Below are positions 1-11,420 of a stretch of 64,000 nt of DNA, one piece after another. Positions within the stretch are counted from its first letter, which is position 1; each line of letters begins with the position of its first letter. The position numbers were made by a program, and so were the translations under genes. Source of the DNA: Lama glama (taxonomy: Eukaryota); contig CM052817.1 in the NCBI GenBank assembly GCA_028534125.1, positions 41,046,001-41,110,000 of the forward strand, written 5' to 3'. Below the pieces are notes generated by a model. The model saw only the letters and a program-made list of their open reading frames with translations. It ran no database searches and had not been told where the DNA came from.

Positions 1-256
1 TGAAGTAAGTCTTCCCTGGTACTTACTGTCTTCTGCATTCAGTTTCATTTCTTTGTAGCATACATTACAATCAGCAATGACTTTATTGACCCGTTTTGCA
101 TTCTCTATTTCTCTTATTAGAATTCAGGCATCATGAGAACAGGGTTCTCATCTGTTCAAGGTTGTATCTTCAGCACAAAGTGCAGTGCTTGACGTGGGTC
201 AGTGCGCTCCGTGTGTATGTGTGTTCAAGAAACGAATGCGTGAAAGAACAGATGAA
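1..256 (+). mobile_element. LINE L2 3' end (degenerate)
   Basis: ...catgagaacagggttctcatctgttc...cagcac...agtgcttgac... followed by a GAAT-like tail, the typical L2 3' terminus layout. Confidence 0.65.
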
Positions 257-2494
257 CGATCACCATTTTCTTACAGTCGTTACCCAGTAGGAATTATGTG
301 TAAAAATTCTACCAGTGGTTTGTAACGTTTGTGTGTATGCAAGTGGGCAGTGTGACATTTGTGAACATACTAACCACGAGGAACCAGAGAAAGGCAGCTC
401 TTCCTATAAGAGCACAGCCTGAGAGCAGAGATGGTGTTCAAGGGTCCCGGTGCTACTCTGCTGCCCACCTCCTCCTGCTAAATCCTGTATCTTTCCAAGC
501 CTGGGATGGCCAGCCTGGCTTTGGAAGCTCTAAGTACAAATAAGAATGGGTTAGGAGATTCTCACTCCTAAATTTGGGAAAGTAGTCCAGCTCTTTAAAT
601 AAAGTATCTGCTTTTACAAGAAGCTTTAAAATAGATGGTAGTGGAGAACTGGGATCTAACCCCTCTTAAAGCTGCTCCGGGATACTGGCATCACGCCCTC
701 CGGGAGCTGACCGAAGTCGGAAGCCACTTATTTGTGCTCTCATATTCAAAGCCCTGTGGCTCTTTCCCAGGTCTGTTTTAGCATCCTGAGGAACAAGGGG
801 GCGAGTCTCACCAACTCTACCAGCATTCAGGGTGACTTATTTTTTGGTTCAGCCTGAAAAGCCCTGCATGTATCTTAAAGGAAGGATGATGAGAACTCAG
901 CAGACCAAGGTGTCGCCAGTACCTTGGTGTTCAATAAGGCCCGGGAGCATCCTGTGGAGACTAGTTCCCCCGACACATCCATGTGATATAGGTCATCTGG
1001 AATGTACCTTCTTGAACAAAGATGCTATTTTGTTTGACACTTTCTATTTATATTTACACTGCCTGCTGGAATTTTCAGTGTGGCATTTTGTTTAAGTTCC
1101 TATAGCACTATTAATGATGACTAACGTGGACTCAAAATATAAAATAACAGGGATTGTTCTAAGGAAAAATTTACTTCCTCCTTTCATTATCTCTGGAGAC
1201 TGAAAAATGATTTCCTAAATTGTGGCCTATGGTGACAATCTCCTAAGTACAGTCTCCTCTCTCAGTAAAAGGGTTGGAATCCTTGTTTTGTTTATTGTCT
1301 TTGAATCATTTATGGATTTAAAGCCGCCCCACCGAGCACTGACTCATCTCTGCCAGGTGCGTTGGGCCTCAACGGGTTGGAAGTGAAGTATGGGGTCCCA
1401 AGCAGAGAAAGAGATGGAAACCACATTCACAGTTTATTTGCTCACAGATGTTCACATAATAGAAGCTGAAATTTAAGAAGTAGCTTCTTTTTCTTTGTAT
1501 TTAATAGGGACAAAGAAAACCGGTGGTGTGGGGGTTGGAAAGGCAAGGGACGCTGAAACTGGGAGAAGAATTGGGAACACCCGTGTTCACCAGCCCTGGC
1601 AAGAGAATAAACTCATTGACAAGAGTATTGATTTTCATTCCCATAAACACAGACCCAGGCCTTTGGCTTTTGAAGATTCATTGGCAAGTGACTTTTACAT
1701 GAGAAAGGAAGTAGGGCTGATCCGGTATGAGGACCCATCACTGGTTGCTCCCCTCTCCCAGTTCCCTGAAGAGCTGGGAGAGATCATCACGCAGCATCAG
1801 GGCCATGACAACTCCGGGTGTTTTGTGGTGCTGCCACAATGTTGCAGACTTCCTCTCTGCCTGAGTCAGCGCCGTCAGCTTTGGTCTGCTTACTGCAATG
1901 ACCTGTCCCCTTGTGGTGTTGAGTTCTCCATTCTCTCATGCAAGGAAAGGTGGGTTGGTGTGATTAAAAGAGAGACGTCTGCTGTGACTGTCTCAGCTCG
2001 GACATTCTAGGCTAGAAGTAGACGCTGCTCTGTTTCCACTGATGTGTGGTGCTCCCATAATCAATGACCAAGGGAATAATTGCTTCTAAATTATGACTTT
2101 TATGGTCTGAACAGCAAGATTTCTTTTACGTTTGGTTAAATGAATCAGTGTTTAAGATGCATTTCCAATATATTACAATTTTTCTAAAAACTATCTTTCT
2201 CACATCATATGTTAAATTAATGTTTTAACAGACTGGGAAGTTTGTCTCCTCTCCTTGCCGTAGCAACCAGTGCTTATTTTGATTGAAGGAGCAATGCAGA
2301 CAGGACCATGCCTGATTTTCCAGACCAACAGACATTATTCCACTGATATCTCCAAGTATCTTATTTTTATCAGTATGAAACTTTAAATAAGCATATAAAT
2401 AAAATAAAATAAGCCTAAATATATATGTAATTGAACTCATATCCCTTACTTTCTCTAAAAGTTTCACTTTATGAATAGTAATAGTAATACTCAC

Positions 2495-2890
2495 TAGTTG
2501 GGACAGGCTTACTGCTATATGAGACAACCCCCACACGGCAGTAGCTTAACACAATACAGATGTGTTTCTTATTCGGACGGGAGGGACGGGGAGATGTTCC
2601 ACTCAGCCATTCAGAAACTCGGGGTCCTTTTGTCTGTGGCTCCACCTTCTTCTAGGGCCTTCTGCAAATCCCTTCAGCTGGTGATGGGAAGAGGGTTAAT
2701 ACTGTGCACTGGAGCTGTTTGTGGGTCAATCCTGGAGGAGTCCACATTACATCCACTTAATTTTGTAGACTAGAATTTAATCACACAACCACACCCTAGC
2801 ATGAGGCGGATTACAAATATAGTCTAGGCATGATGGCCAGGTAGAAAAGGAGAACACAGATATGGGTAAGTACTAGCAGTCTTTACCACA
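2495..2890 (-). mobile_element. MLT1 (ERVL-MaLR) LTR, old subfamily
   Basis: gtagcttaacacaatacagatgtgtttctt...tagaatttaatcacacaaccacaccta...tagcagtctttaccaca resembles the reverse complement of MLT1I/J-type LTRs. Confidence 0.65.
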
Positions 2891-3001
2891 TTGAAAAACT
2901 AAAAAAAGAAAAAAAAGCTTTAAATAAAAAAACCCCATTTATTGTTGAATATAAAGCACCACATAAATTTTTAAAAAGATGACATTAAACTGCTATAAAT
3001 G

Positions 3002-3542
3002 CAGTAAACTTGGCAATAGCTACACACGCCACTAGAACAACATTAACTACAAGATCAGCCTGAGCAGAGTATTTGTTGAATGTCAGTGCTGGTAAGCACA
3101 TTCATCAACATTGACCCCAGCAGCATCTCCATCCAGACGTGACTCAGGAGCACCTGGAGTTGAAGCAGTAGCCAATACAGAGGTTGTAGGCGAGTGCTGG
3201 ATGCCTTCTTGATGATGTTCTGACATCTGCTTCTGATGGAAATCAGTTTAGCTCATAGACTTTGTGTTGACTGGCTCATAACATTGAATATACTTTATAA
3301 GCAGTCATTGAGGGTAGGCTAGCTTACTTCTCTTAAAAGGATTTTCTTCTTTTCTACTACTTGGGAGATTTCTGAGTTAATAATAGATCCATTTGGCCAG
3401 TTAAGGAAATTCATCCTAACAATCAACTTGTGACTAGCAAGAGCATAGGACATTAAGATGTTCTGTATTACTCTACCTTTGACTGAAGGTGAACCATCGG
3501 GGTATCTGGGTTACTGAATGCTGGATTATCAGACTTCTACTG
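3002..3542. mobile_element. possible old Tigger-type (TcMar) DNA element
   Basis: starts cagtaaacttggcaatagc and ends ggattatcagacttctactg followed by TA; weak TIR similarity. Confidence 0.35.
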
Positions 3543-3673
3543 TACAGTAAAATGATCTGCATGACACCTTTTTGGCCCATTAGCTCCTTGAGCCCTGGGA
3601 CTTGTTTTATTCATCTTGTGCCCCTAGCTCCTGGCTGTCGTCTCTGATGTTGAGGCCTTCAATAAATGCTCTG

Positions 3674-3840
3674 CAGTGGTTCTTGAAGTGTGGCGCCTGG
3701 ACCAGGAACATCAGTGTTACATGGGAACCTGTTAAAAATGCAAATTCTCGGGCCAATCATAGACCTACTGGGGTAGAGCCCAGCAACTCATGTTTTAATA
3801 AGCTGGGGTTCTGATACAGGGTTAAGTCTGAGAACCACTC
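3674..3840. mobile_element. MER5A (hAT-Charlie MITE)
   Basis: cagtggttcttgaagtgtgg...gttaaaaatgcaaattctcgggcc...agacctactg...tgagaaccact with terminal inverted repeats. Confidence 0.85.
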
Positions 3841-3863
3841 CTTTACTAAACTGAAATGGACAG

Positions 3864-3890
3864 TATATATATTTATATAGAGAGTATATG

Positions 3891-3943
<53 letters not shown>

Positions 3944-3987
3944 ATATAGAGAGAGAAAGAGAGAGGAGAGAGAGAGAGAGGGAGAGA
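3864..3987. repeat. compound microsatellite (TA)n(TG)n(GA)n
   Basis: directly visible dinucleotide runs. Confidence 0.97.
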
Positions 3988-4177
3988 CAATATTAGTTAC
4001 TTCCTTGTTGTTCACTGTTCTCAGGCATGTTATTCTATCCTTAGTTTTAGTCCAAGTTTAGATAAAATTCATTGAAAATCTTTTCTGGAATCAGACATTT
4101 CTTTGATTTATCCATAATAATGACATTCCTTCAGTTTCACCAGATGTCCCATAAAATCCCAGTTGATAACTTGATTT

Positions 4178-4295
4178 CACCCTGGTGATGCCGCTTTTGG
4201 ACTTCTGGCCTCCAGAACTATGACAGAGTAAATTTCTATTGTTTATGTCACCAAGTTTGTGAAAATTTGTTAGAAAGCCACAGAAAACTAATATA
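4178..4295 (+). mobile_element. MLT1 LTR 3' fragment
   Basis: ttttggacttctggcctccagaactatgacagagtaaatttctattgttt...agccacagaaaactaata matches the MLT1 3' end. Confidence 0.8.
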
Positions 4296-4559
4296 AGGAA
4301 CCTTCTTTAAGTTTTTTTGTTTTTGTTCCTATTAGCAAAATCTTTTGAGTATATCATCCAAAATATGTTTACTCATAAATATTTGCAGATGTTATGCCAA
4401 TAGATTATATAGATTATATGATATATGACATAAGAATAAAAATGAAATAGTAAGAAGGGAAATAAATAAGTAATTTTATGTTACTAATGATATAAAAATG
4501 TTTTATTCCTATTGAGAATTATTATGTTTTAGTGAAAGCAATGTGACTGAATATGCTTC

Positions 4560-5125
4560 ATTAGTTTGAAAATCTTATTTTAACACTTTCTTTAAGATCT
4601 TTATTAAGACTTTGTTAAAGATCTGGTTCAAAGTTTCGTTTATTTAAATATTTTATTCTAATGGCTATTGTAGCTGAAAAAAATTAGCTCACAGGGATCT
4701 GCAGATCCAAGAGAAAGAAGGACATCCTTGACTATGCTTACTAAATCAGAACATTCTTTTACTTTCCATCTCATTTACTAATTATGCAAATAATTTTAAA
4801 ATCTCATTCAGGTAATATATTTCCACCTTAACTTTGTCAATCAGTTGCTCTTATAAACTAACCAGATGATGTCAAGTCCCTAAACTTTTATCAGAGAGTT
4901 TCATCTCATGCTCTCCTAACAAATAGCTTCAAACCCCATTGAATGTCTTTATTTGGAAGATTTGAACATAGATGCAAGTCGTTAAAGAGAGCAGATAGGA
5001 GAATATTTTAAGAGAGACATAGTGTTTTCAGGCAACAAGATCACGTAATCTTGGAAATATTTCTAGACATCTGTTTTTAAAATGTTCCCTTTTTTTAAAA
5101 AGCAATTTTTAAGTTCATTGCTCGA
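4560..5125 (-). pseudogene. fossil hAT-Charlie transposase C-terminus (dimerisation domain), with stops and frameshifts
   Basis: minus-strand pieces translate to NRCLEIFPRLRDLVA, QWGLKLF, EQLID, DVLLSLGSADPCE and SATIAIRIKYLNKRNFEPDL, in the order expected for Charlie/ZBED5-like transposases. Confidence 0.75.
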
Positions 5126-5177
5126 ATACTGCTCTATCATGGAGGGGCAGATTGAAAAGAAAAAAAAGAGAGTTAAA

Positions 5178-5230
5178 TTAGTGGATTTATTATTAGTGGA
5201 TTTATTATAAGTTAATTAGTGGATTTATTA
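5178..5230. repeat. three copies of TTAGTGGATTTATTA
   Basis: copies at 5178-5192, 5193-5207 and 5216-5230. Confidence 0.9.
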
Positions 5231-7164
5231 TTTTGAAAAAAAATCTTCTAGATACCTACAAGGGTTACAATCTCTTATATGACAGAAAGTACACTTGAAT
5301 TTTTGTAGACAAGGAGCATGAAACTCACCGTCAAGTGTGAAAGCTCTTCAGTGCTGCCAGGAAATAGCCAGTGAACCTCTGTGGAACATAGGAGTTCATA
5401 GATACCACCATTCCACTGCAGAATGCTCAAGGCACTTAATGAGTAGTAATTGAATGTATTATATGGGTATAGAGGGGGGTTTACTCTGAACATTTTAAAT
5501 AAAATACTTAGAATTCAGGCCAAGCAAGATATAGGCAAGAAGAGGAGAATGCTTCCTTCCCCATAGAGAACCAAGAGATCTTTGAAGAAAAGCCTTTTTT
5601 TCCCTTCCCATCATCTTCAGGTCCTTTCAGACTCCTAGGCAGGCTTTTCTAAACCGAGGCCTGAATCTTTTCTGCTGCTAGTGATCACTCTTAAAAGGGC
5701 AGGTGGCCCCTGTTTGTCACAGCCCTGGGGTGAGGATATCAATTACCTATTAAGAAGAAGGAACTTGAGGCCCAGAGGAGACACTCAATCCACCAAAGGT
5801 CACGTGAGTCAATGGCAGCTTAGGACCTAGAACATTAACTGGAGCTTTATTCACTTGAACACCCAGTTTTCCAGGACAGAAAGCAAGCTGGTTTCTCCTC
5901 AAAGATGGCTATTTTTTCTGTGGCATCTGGCACTCTATTTTTCTTAATTACCTGATTGTGGTGTTCAGGAAGAGCTGAGTGTGTCTTTGGGGGACTGAAA
6001 GAGAACAGTCAGACTGTTTGAATAGGAAACATTATGTGACCCAAGAGGGACGTATCATCATCAACTAGCTGTCAGAAGAAACAGTGATGAAAAATTTCAT
6101 TCAGAGAAAACTGATTTCTTTATCAAAAGGAATCAGTTTCCAAATACTGTGTGATGCCGTATAAGCACTTAGACTGGGTCTTAACGCACCGTATCTTCCC
6201 TGGGGGTGTAAGCAAGCACCCTGTGAGTTGTACCACACAGAAGTCCTAGGCCCCCATGAGGGCAGGGCCAGGCACAGAGTAAGTACTCAACAAATATTTG
6301 CTGGCTAAATGCACTGGCTGCTCTCCTCAACTTCCAGAATCGTTTCCCTGCTAGACCGTAGCAAACCCTCCTCTGGTCTTCCTGGTTGGGACGCTGGAAC
6401 ACAGGTGGGGTGGGATGACCTGTTGTTTACAAGGCAGGTACCATTCTCATCTTCCTTCTACAGATACGTGTGTGGTGGCTAGTGTACCGAGGGCTTAGGA
6501 ACCAGAATGCCTGTGTGTTCCCTTTGTCCTAGAGCCTTGACTTACTCTACTGTCAAATAATGGTGAGTTGGTCTGAACCTACACAATAGTGGCCACCCTA
6601 CCGGCCGTTCAGTGAGTACTTTTTGAAGACCTACTATGGCTGGGCATTACACTATCCTGGGAGGTATAAAGATAAATTATATAGACCCTTCTCACAATTA
6701 GTCTGTTATTTAATATGTGGCAGCCCCTAGAAAATTGGGGGTTGTGGGAAGTGGGTAAGTTGACCAGTACAGGAGCTGCCCAAGGTGTGTGCACTAGAAA
6801 GAAGGCTGTGCTGTTGACATATTTTATGGGCCTCTTGGGATGTAGTTTAAGACAGAGATGTCAAAATTGAATTTTAATGATACTCAGAAAGAAAGGAGAA
6901 AGATGAAGCTTCAGGGGCTCACTCTTAGTGTCACCCTCCATTACCCAAGCGTGGGCCTGGGCAGGGGTCAGTTCCCCACCTAAGGATGGGCCTAGAAAGA
7001 TCACTGTGGCAGCAGTGTGAGAGGGCAGGGAGGGCGCAGTTGAGATCTGAGGAAAACCAGAGTGGTGCGGGGGCTATGGAGGAGCGGTTGTGAGGTTGCC
7101 GAGAACTATCTGTGTGTGAAAGATGCGCTGTGTACAAAGATGTCATCAGAAGTTCGTAAATGGC

Positions 7165-7350
7165 CAGTGTTTGTTGAGCGCTCACCACTTGTCAGACACA
7201 GTTCTCAGCCCTCTACATTCATCATTTCCTTGAATCTTTACAACCACCACGCATGGTGCTGGTGTTTTTCAGGTGAAATAATGGAGTCGTTCAGTTACTT
7301 GCTCAGGGACACACAGCTAGGAAGTGGCAGAAGCAGGTTTTGAACTCTTA
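7165..7350 (-). mobile_element. MIR SINE
   Basis: ttgagcgctcaccacttgtcagacac...aatctttacaacc...acacagctaggaagtggcagaagcaggttttgaactc. Confidence 0.75.
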
Positions 7351-7364
7351 ACCACCACTCTAAG

Positions 7365-7640
7365 CGACACTGTACCTGACAGACTGGGTGTGAGAAGGGC
7401 ATGGAAGGGAGAGCCCCAGGTTGACACTAGGTTTCTGATTGAGAAACCGCTGCCCGTGATGTCTTCACTATGATGGGGAAGACCAGAGCAAGAGCACATT
7501 TGGGAGGCTAGGAGTGTGGTCTGGAACCGTTTGAGACTGAGACATCTTTGGGACCTGCAGATAGGATGTTCAGTTAGCCGATGGCATATGGTTCTGGAAT
7601 TCAGGGGAGAAGTCCGAGCCAAAAAGAAATTGAGCTAGAT
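7365..7640 (-). mobile_element. L2 fragment
   Basis: gtttgagactgagacatct...ggatgttcagttagccgatggcatatggttctggaattcaggggagaag resembles antisense L2. Confidence 0.7.
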
Positions 7641-7861
7641 CTGAACAAACAAGCAAAAACAAAGAAACAAGAAAAACCAAACACGCACACACCTAGCAGG
7701 AAACCAAAATTTTAGTGATACTTGAAAATTTGACCTTATATTTTGAGCTGCTGATAGCCGGTGTCACCAGATATCCCAACCCCTAGCATTTATACAAAAA
7801 TCAGCCTTTATACATAAGACTGGTTTCTCTGGCTCTTCTCATTAGGAGGCCAAGCTCTAAA

Positions 7862-7935
7862 TGATATACATATACACACACATATGTATATACATATATA
7901 CATGTATACATATGTATATGTATGTAATATACACA
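7862..7935. repeat. degenerate (TA/CA/TG) microsatellite
   Basis: atatacatatacacacacatatgtatatacat... Confidence 0.85.
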
Positions 7936-9524
7936 TGGGTTTTTTTTTGTATCAGTGGTGGATTGGCAACCATACATGCATAGTCCTTCACTCAGCATTG
8001 GTGACACCATTGGCTGGCATCATTGGTAGAGTCTGTGTCCACAGAACTAATCACCATATACAAACACCAGATGCATGCCATTGGTCCCCTGGCACCACAT
8101 GCCCACCAAAGGGGCTGGCCGACAGCAGTATCAAGAGAGGGGAGATGCTGTTGACATTTTTACGAGCCAGTAAAAATAGTGTTTCAGGGCTTATCTATTC
8201 CATAAATCTACGTCCAGAACTGATGGGACATTCTATATTGTGGGGAAGATAAATTAGCCTCAGGCCCATGCAGTGCTTTGTTCCTTGTTCAACAAAGGGA
8301 ACTACCCACATGCAGCTGTTGCCCACAGGAAAGTGCTTTTCAGTCTTTAATCAAGAGTGTCCTTCAAGGGCTGCACACACACCCTTTCCAACCCCAAATC
8401 AGAATGTGCCCCCATTTTCTGACCTTTGTTGAATGCCTATCAGGGTATCAGTTTCACGGAGATTTTAGGTGATGAGTGGTTTAAAACCAGAGGTCTTGGC
8501 GTTAGGTTAGTGATGGCTCTGGTAGCAGGAAGTCACTCCTCGTGAACTCTCAAAGCTTCTCTCTGTCTTTCTGTGGGGCGGGGTGGTGGGCAGTGCTGCC
8601 CTACACCGGAACTCGGAGCCCGCTGGGACCCTACTCAGCAGAAAATGGACGGAAAACTGCAAAGAGAAAGAAAACCGATACAGTAGGCAACCAGTACTTT
8701 AAGCAGTGGGAATTCACTGTGAGGAAAAGCTGGGCCTGCAGAATTCAGAATAAGCAGGATGACAGGTGCCCCGGGACATGCCTCTGTTTTTCCTAGTAGG
8801 AATTGCCCCAAGGGCCATTCTTTCTGTTCTCTGTGTAGCCAGGGTAGCTGTTGCTGGGTGAGTCACCTGTGAGAGAAAGCGGTGTTGTCCTGAAAGGGGT
8901 CTAGCGTTATTCTCCCTTCTCTCTTTAAACGACTAGTCTTTAAACTTTTTAAATTGTCTTCCCCTATCTACAGACAAAAAGTTGAGTAAAGATTCTCAGT
9001 AAATGTATGTACCCTTAAATTGTGTGTGTGTGTGTGTTTGTGTGTATGTGCATGCATACTACTGGCTATTATGTTATGAACATGATACAGTTCTGCCTCT
9101 TGCTCACTCAAGTGAAGCATATTGGAATGCCCATAAGTGAGAAGGGCATGATCATTTCAGTTGTTAATTATTAGTCATTTTTGGTGAAAAAGAAAAGTTC
9201 GTTGTAATGCAATCTGTCCATTTGAATCTTGATACCCCAGACTGAGAAAGCCTGGGTTGGAGAGAGGAGACTGGGAGAGACTCCTGCTGGAGGCCCGAGA
9301 AGCAATGGGAGAAGTCAGTACATTTGTCGTTCAGCAGTTCTGCACTGCACACCTACTGTGTGCCTCCGAGCAAAGCAAGGCTCTGGGTCCCATTTCCAAA
9401 GGCTCGATGGAGGCCCTGGGAGGGGGTGATGGTGTAGGAAATGAACATGCCTGCTGGGTCAGGTAGACCAGGAGGAAAGACAAGCAGAGTGAGGGGAAGG
9501 AGGGTGGGAGGGCCTGCTCTTTCT

Positions 9525-9633
9525 TTTCTTTTTTTTTCCCTCTGTGTTTTATTTTTGAATGTTTTTTACATTAAAATTTTGTTATTGGCTTTTGTTTTTT
9601 ATTGGAGTACAGTTGATTTACAATGTTGCATTA
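9525..9633 (-). mobile_element. severely 5'-truncated L1 3' terminus with extended tail
   Basis: ttttattggagtacagttgatttacaatgttg is an L1 3' end in antisense; flanked by direct repeat gctctttct (9516-9524, 9634-9642). Confidence 0.75.
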
Positions 9634-10298
9634 GCTCTTTCTGATGTGGGAAATCTTCTGAGACGTGGAACTGAGGCCTGACCTGACTGCAGGGAGGCAG
9701 CTCCCGGGGGAGGCCCATTTTGGTGCCCATTCTGGGTCCTATTCTTGTGTCCCTGGTTGCAGATGACCGCAGCCCAGTGGGCCTGACAGTGACCTCCCAG
9801 GGGCCCATCCTCGGCAGCTGTGAGCCGCCACATAAATAAGGCGCTGGGCTTTGTTACACTCAGTCCGCTCCCCGCCAGCCTGACAAGGCAGTGCCCTTCG
9901 TGTTTGCTGATAAAGGATCTGCTCTCCGATTAAGGTTCCCAAATGCCAACTGTGAGCTGGTGAGCCCTGCTTCTCTCTCCCTGCCTCTTCCAATGTGAGG
10001 CCAGGGCCTCAGGAGCCTTGGAAGACGTTGAGGAACGTGGATTGCCATTGCCTTGTATAAAATGATGTTCAAGACATGCAAGCAGTTGGCCTCCACCTGT
10101 AGACAAATGAGCCTGTAGGACACAGTGCCTAAGGAGAGGCTGAAGCAGGAAGTGTGAACTTTTGTTTTAAGGACGACTGGAAACCTTCAGAGTCTCTTCC
10201 CCGAGATATTTCTACTGAACTTTTTTTCAGTGATAGAAATAACACATTCTTTAATAAGTCCAACCACGCAATGGTATTTTAGAACTTAACCATCTCCA

Positions 10299-10622
10299 TA
10301 CAAATTTTATTTACAAACCAGAAGTAGACTCATGGACATAGAAAACAAACTATGGTTACCAAAGAGGAAAGGATGGGGGAGGGATAAATTGAGAGTTTGG
10401 GGTTAACAGATATACACTACCATATATAAAATAGATAAACAAAGACCTTTTGTATATCTCAGGGAACCATATTCAGTTTCTCGTAGTAAGCTATAATGGA
10501 AAAGAATATGAAAATACATGTACACTATGTATACTGTGTCTGTACATGTATAACTGAATTGCTTTCCTGTACACCTGAAACTAACATTGTAAATCAACCA
10601 CACCAATAAAAATTTTTTTTTT
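10299..10622 (+). mobile_element. L1 3' UTR (artiodactyl-type)
   Basis: agactcatggacatagaaaacaaactatggttaccaaag...aactgaattgctttcctgtacacctgaaactaacattgtaaatcaac; imperfect TSD ttaaccatctcca / ttaacaatctcca. Confidence 0.92.
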
Positions 10623-10679
10623 AAATTAACAATCTCCAACTTTATCTTTCTCTGATCACTTGTATCCAAGAATAGCACA

Positions 10680-10895
10680 GAGATCAAAAGTGTAGGTTCT
10701 CAGCCAGACAGCCTGGTCTAACGCCTGCCTGACCCTTGCTAGCTGTGTGACCTGCACGAGGTAATCTATTTTGGTTTCAGTTTCCTTGTCTGTAAAATGA
10801 GAGTGGTAAGAATCTTTTACCTACCATGTGAGATTGTTGTATGATGCCCTTAAAATCTGATAAAAAGTAAGCACTATGTTCATATTAACTATTAT
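10680..10895 (+). mobile_element. MIR SINE
   Basis: cagccagacagcctgg...cttgctagctgtgtgacct...tcagtttccttgtctgtaaaatgagag core. Confidence 0.8.
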
Positions 10896-10929
10896 GAGGT
10901 GTCACCTCACTTTTTTCCTCTTAAGTCGA

Positions 10930-11420
10930 ATCATCATATAGAACTTAGCAACTCTCTCTTTTTTTCACTTAATCTATCACAAGTGTCTTTCTAGATCCAA
11001 ATCCAAACATAAGTAGATATTAATTTTTAGCAGCTGCATACCACTACTTAATATGAATTGCCATTTATTTGAAGATTACATTTGTAGTGGCATTTGGTTG
11101 TTTATAAGTTTTCTTTCTTACAGACAAGGTAGTAATGAAGACTTTTGTACCTATTTCCTTTGGTACTGTTGCTTTGGTTTCTAAAAGATTCTTAAAACTG
11201 GGATTTCTGGATCAAAGTCATGAGATTTTTAAAACGGTAATAGATGTCCCAAAATATCATAGCAATTTGCACTCCTCCCAGAAATATCTGAGTGCTCATT
11301 ACCCCGTGTGCTTACCAGCAGTGGATATGATCAATCTTTAATTTTTTCCAGTCTGGCAGGCAAAAAATAGAATCTCATTGTCCTTTCAACTGACATTTCT
11401 CTGACTGCCATCGAGACTGG
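10930..11420 (-). mobile_element. old L1M fragment
   Basis: gggatttctggatcaaag...caatttgcactcctcccagaaat...aatctcattgtcctttcaactgacatttctctgact resembles antisense L1M ORF2 end and 3' UTR. Confidence 0.75.

Noticed and set aside
1495..2010. 171-aa ORF
   Set aside because: Non-ATG start, no recognisable domain and no exon structure; expected by chance.
5178..5230. CRISPR-like repeat array
   Set aside because: Eukaryotic context, no unique spacers of regular length and no cas genes.
6081..6150. C/D box snoRNA (GTGATGA ... CTGA)
   Set aside because: CTGA is under 30 nt from the C box and there is no D box next to the putative terminal stem.
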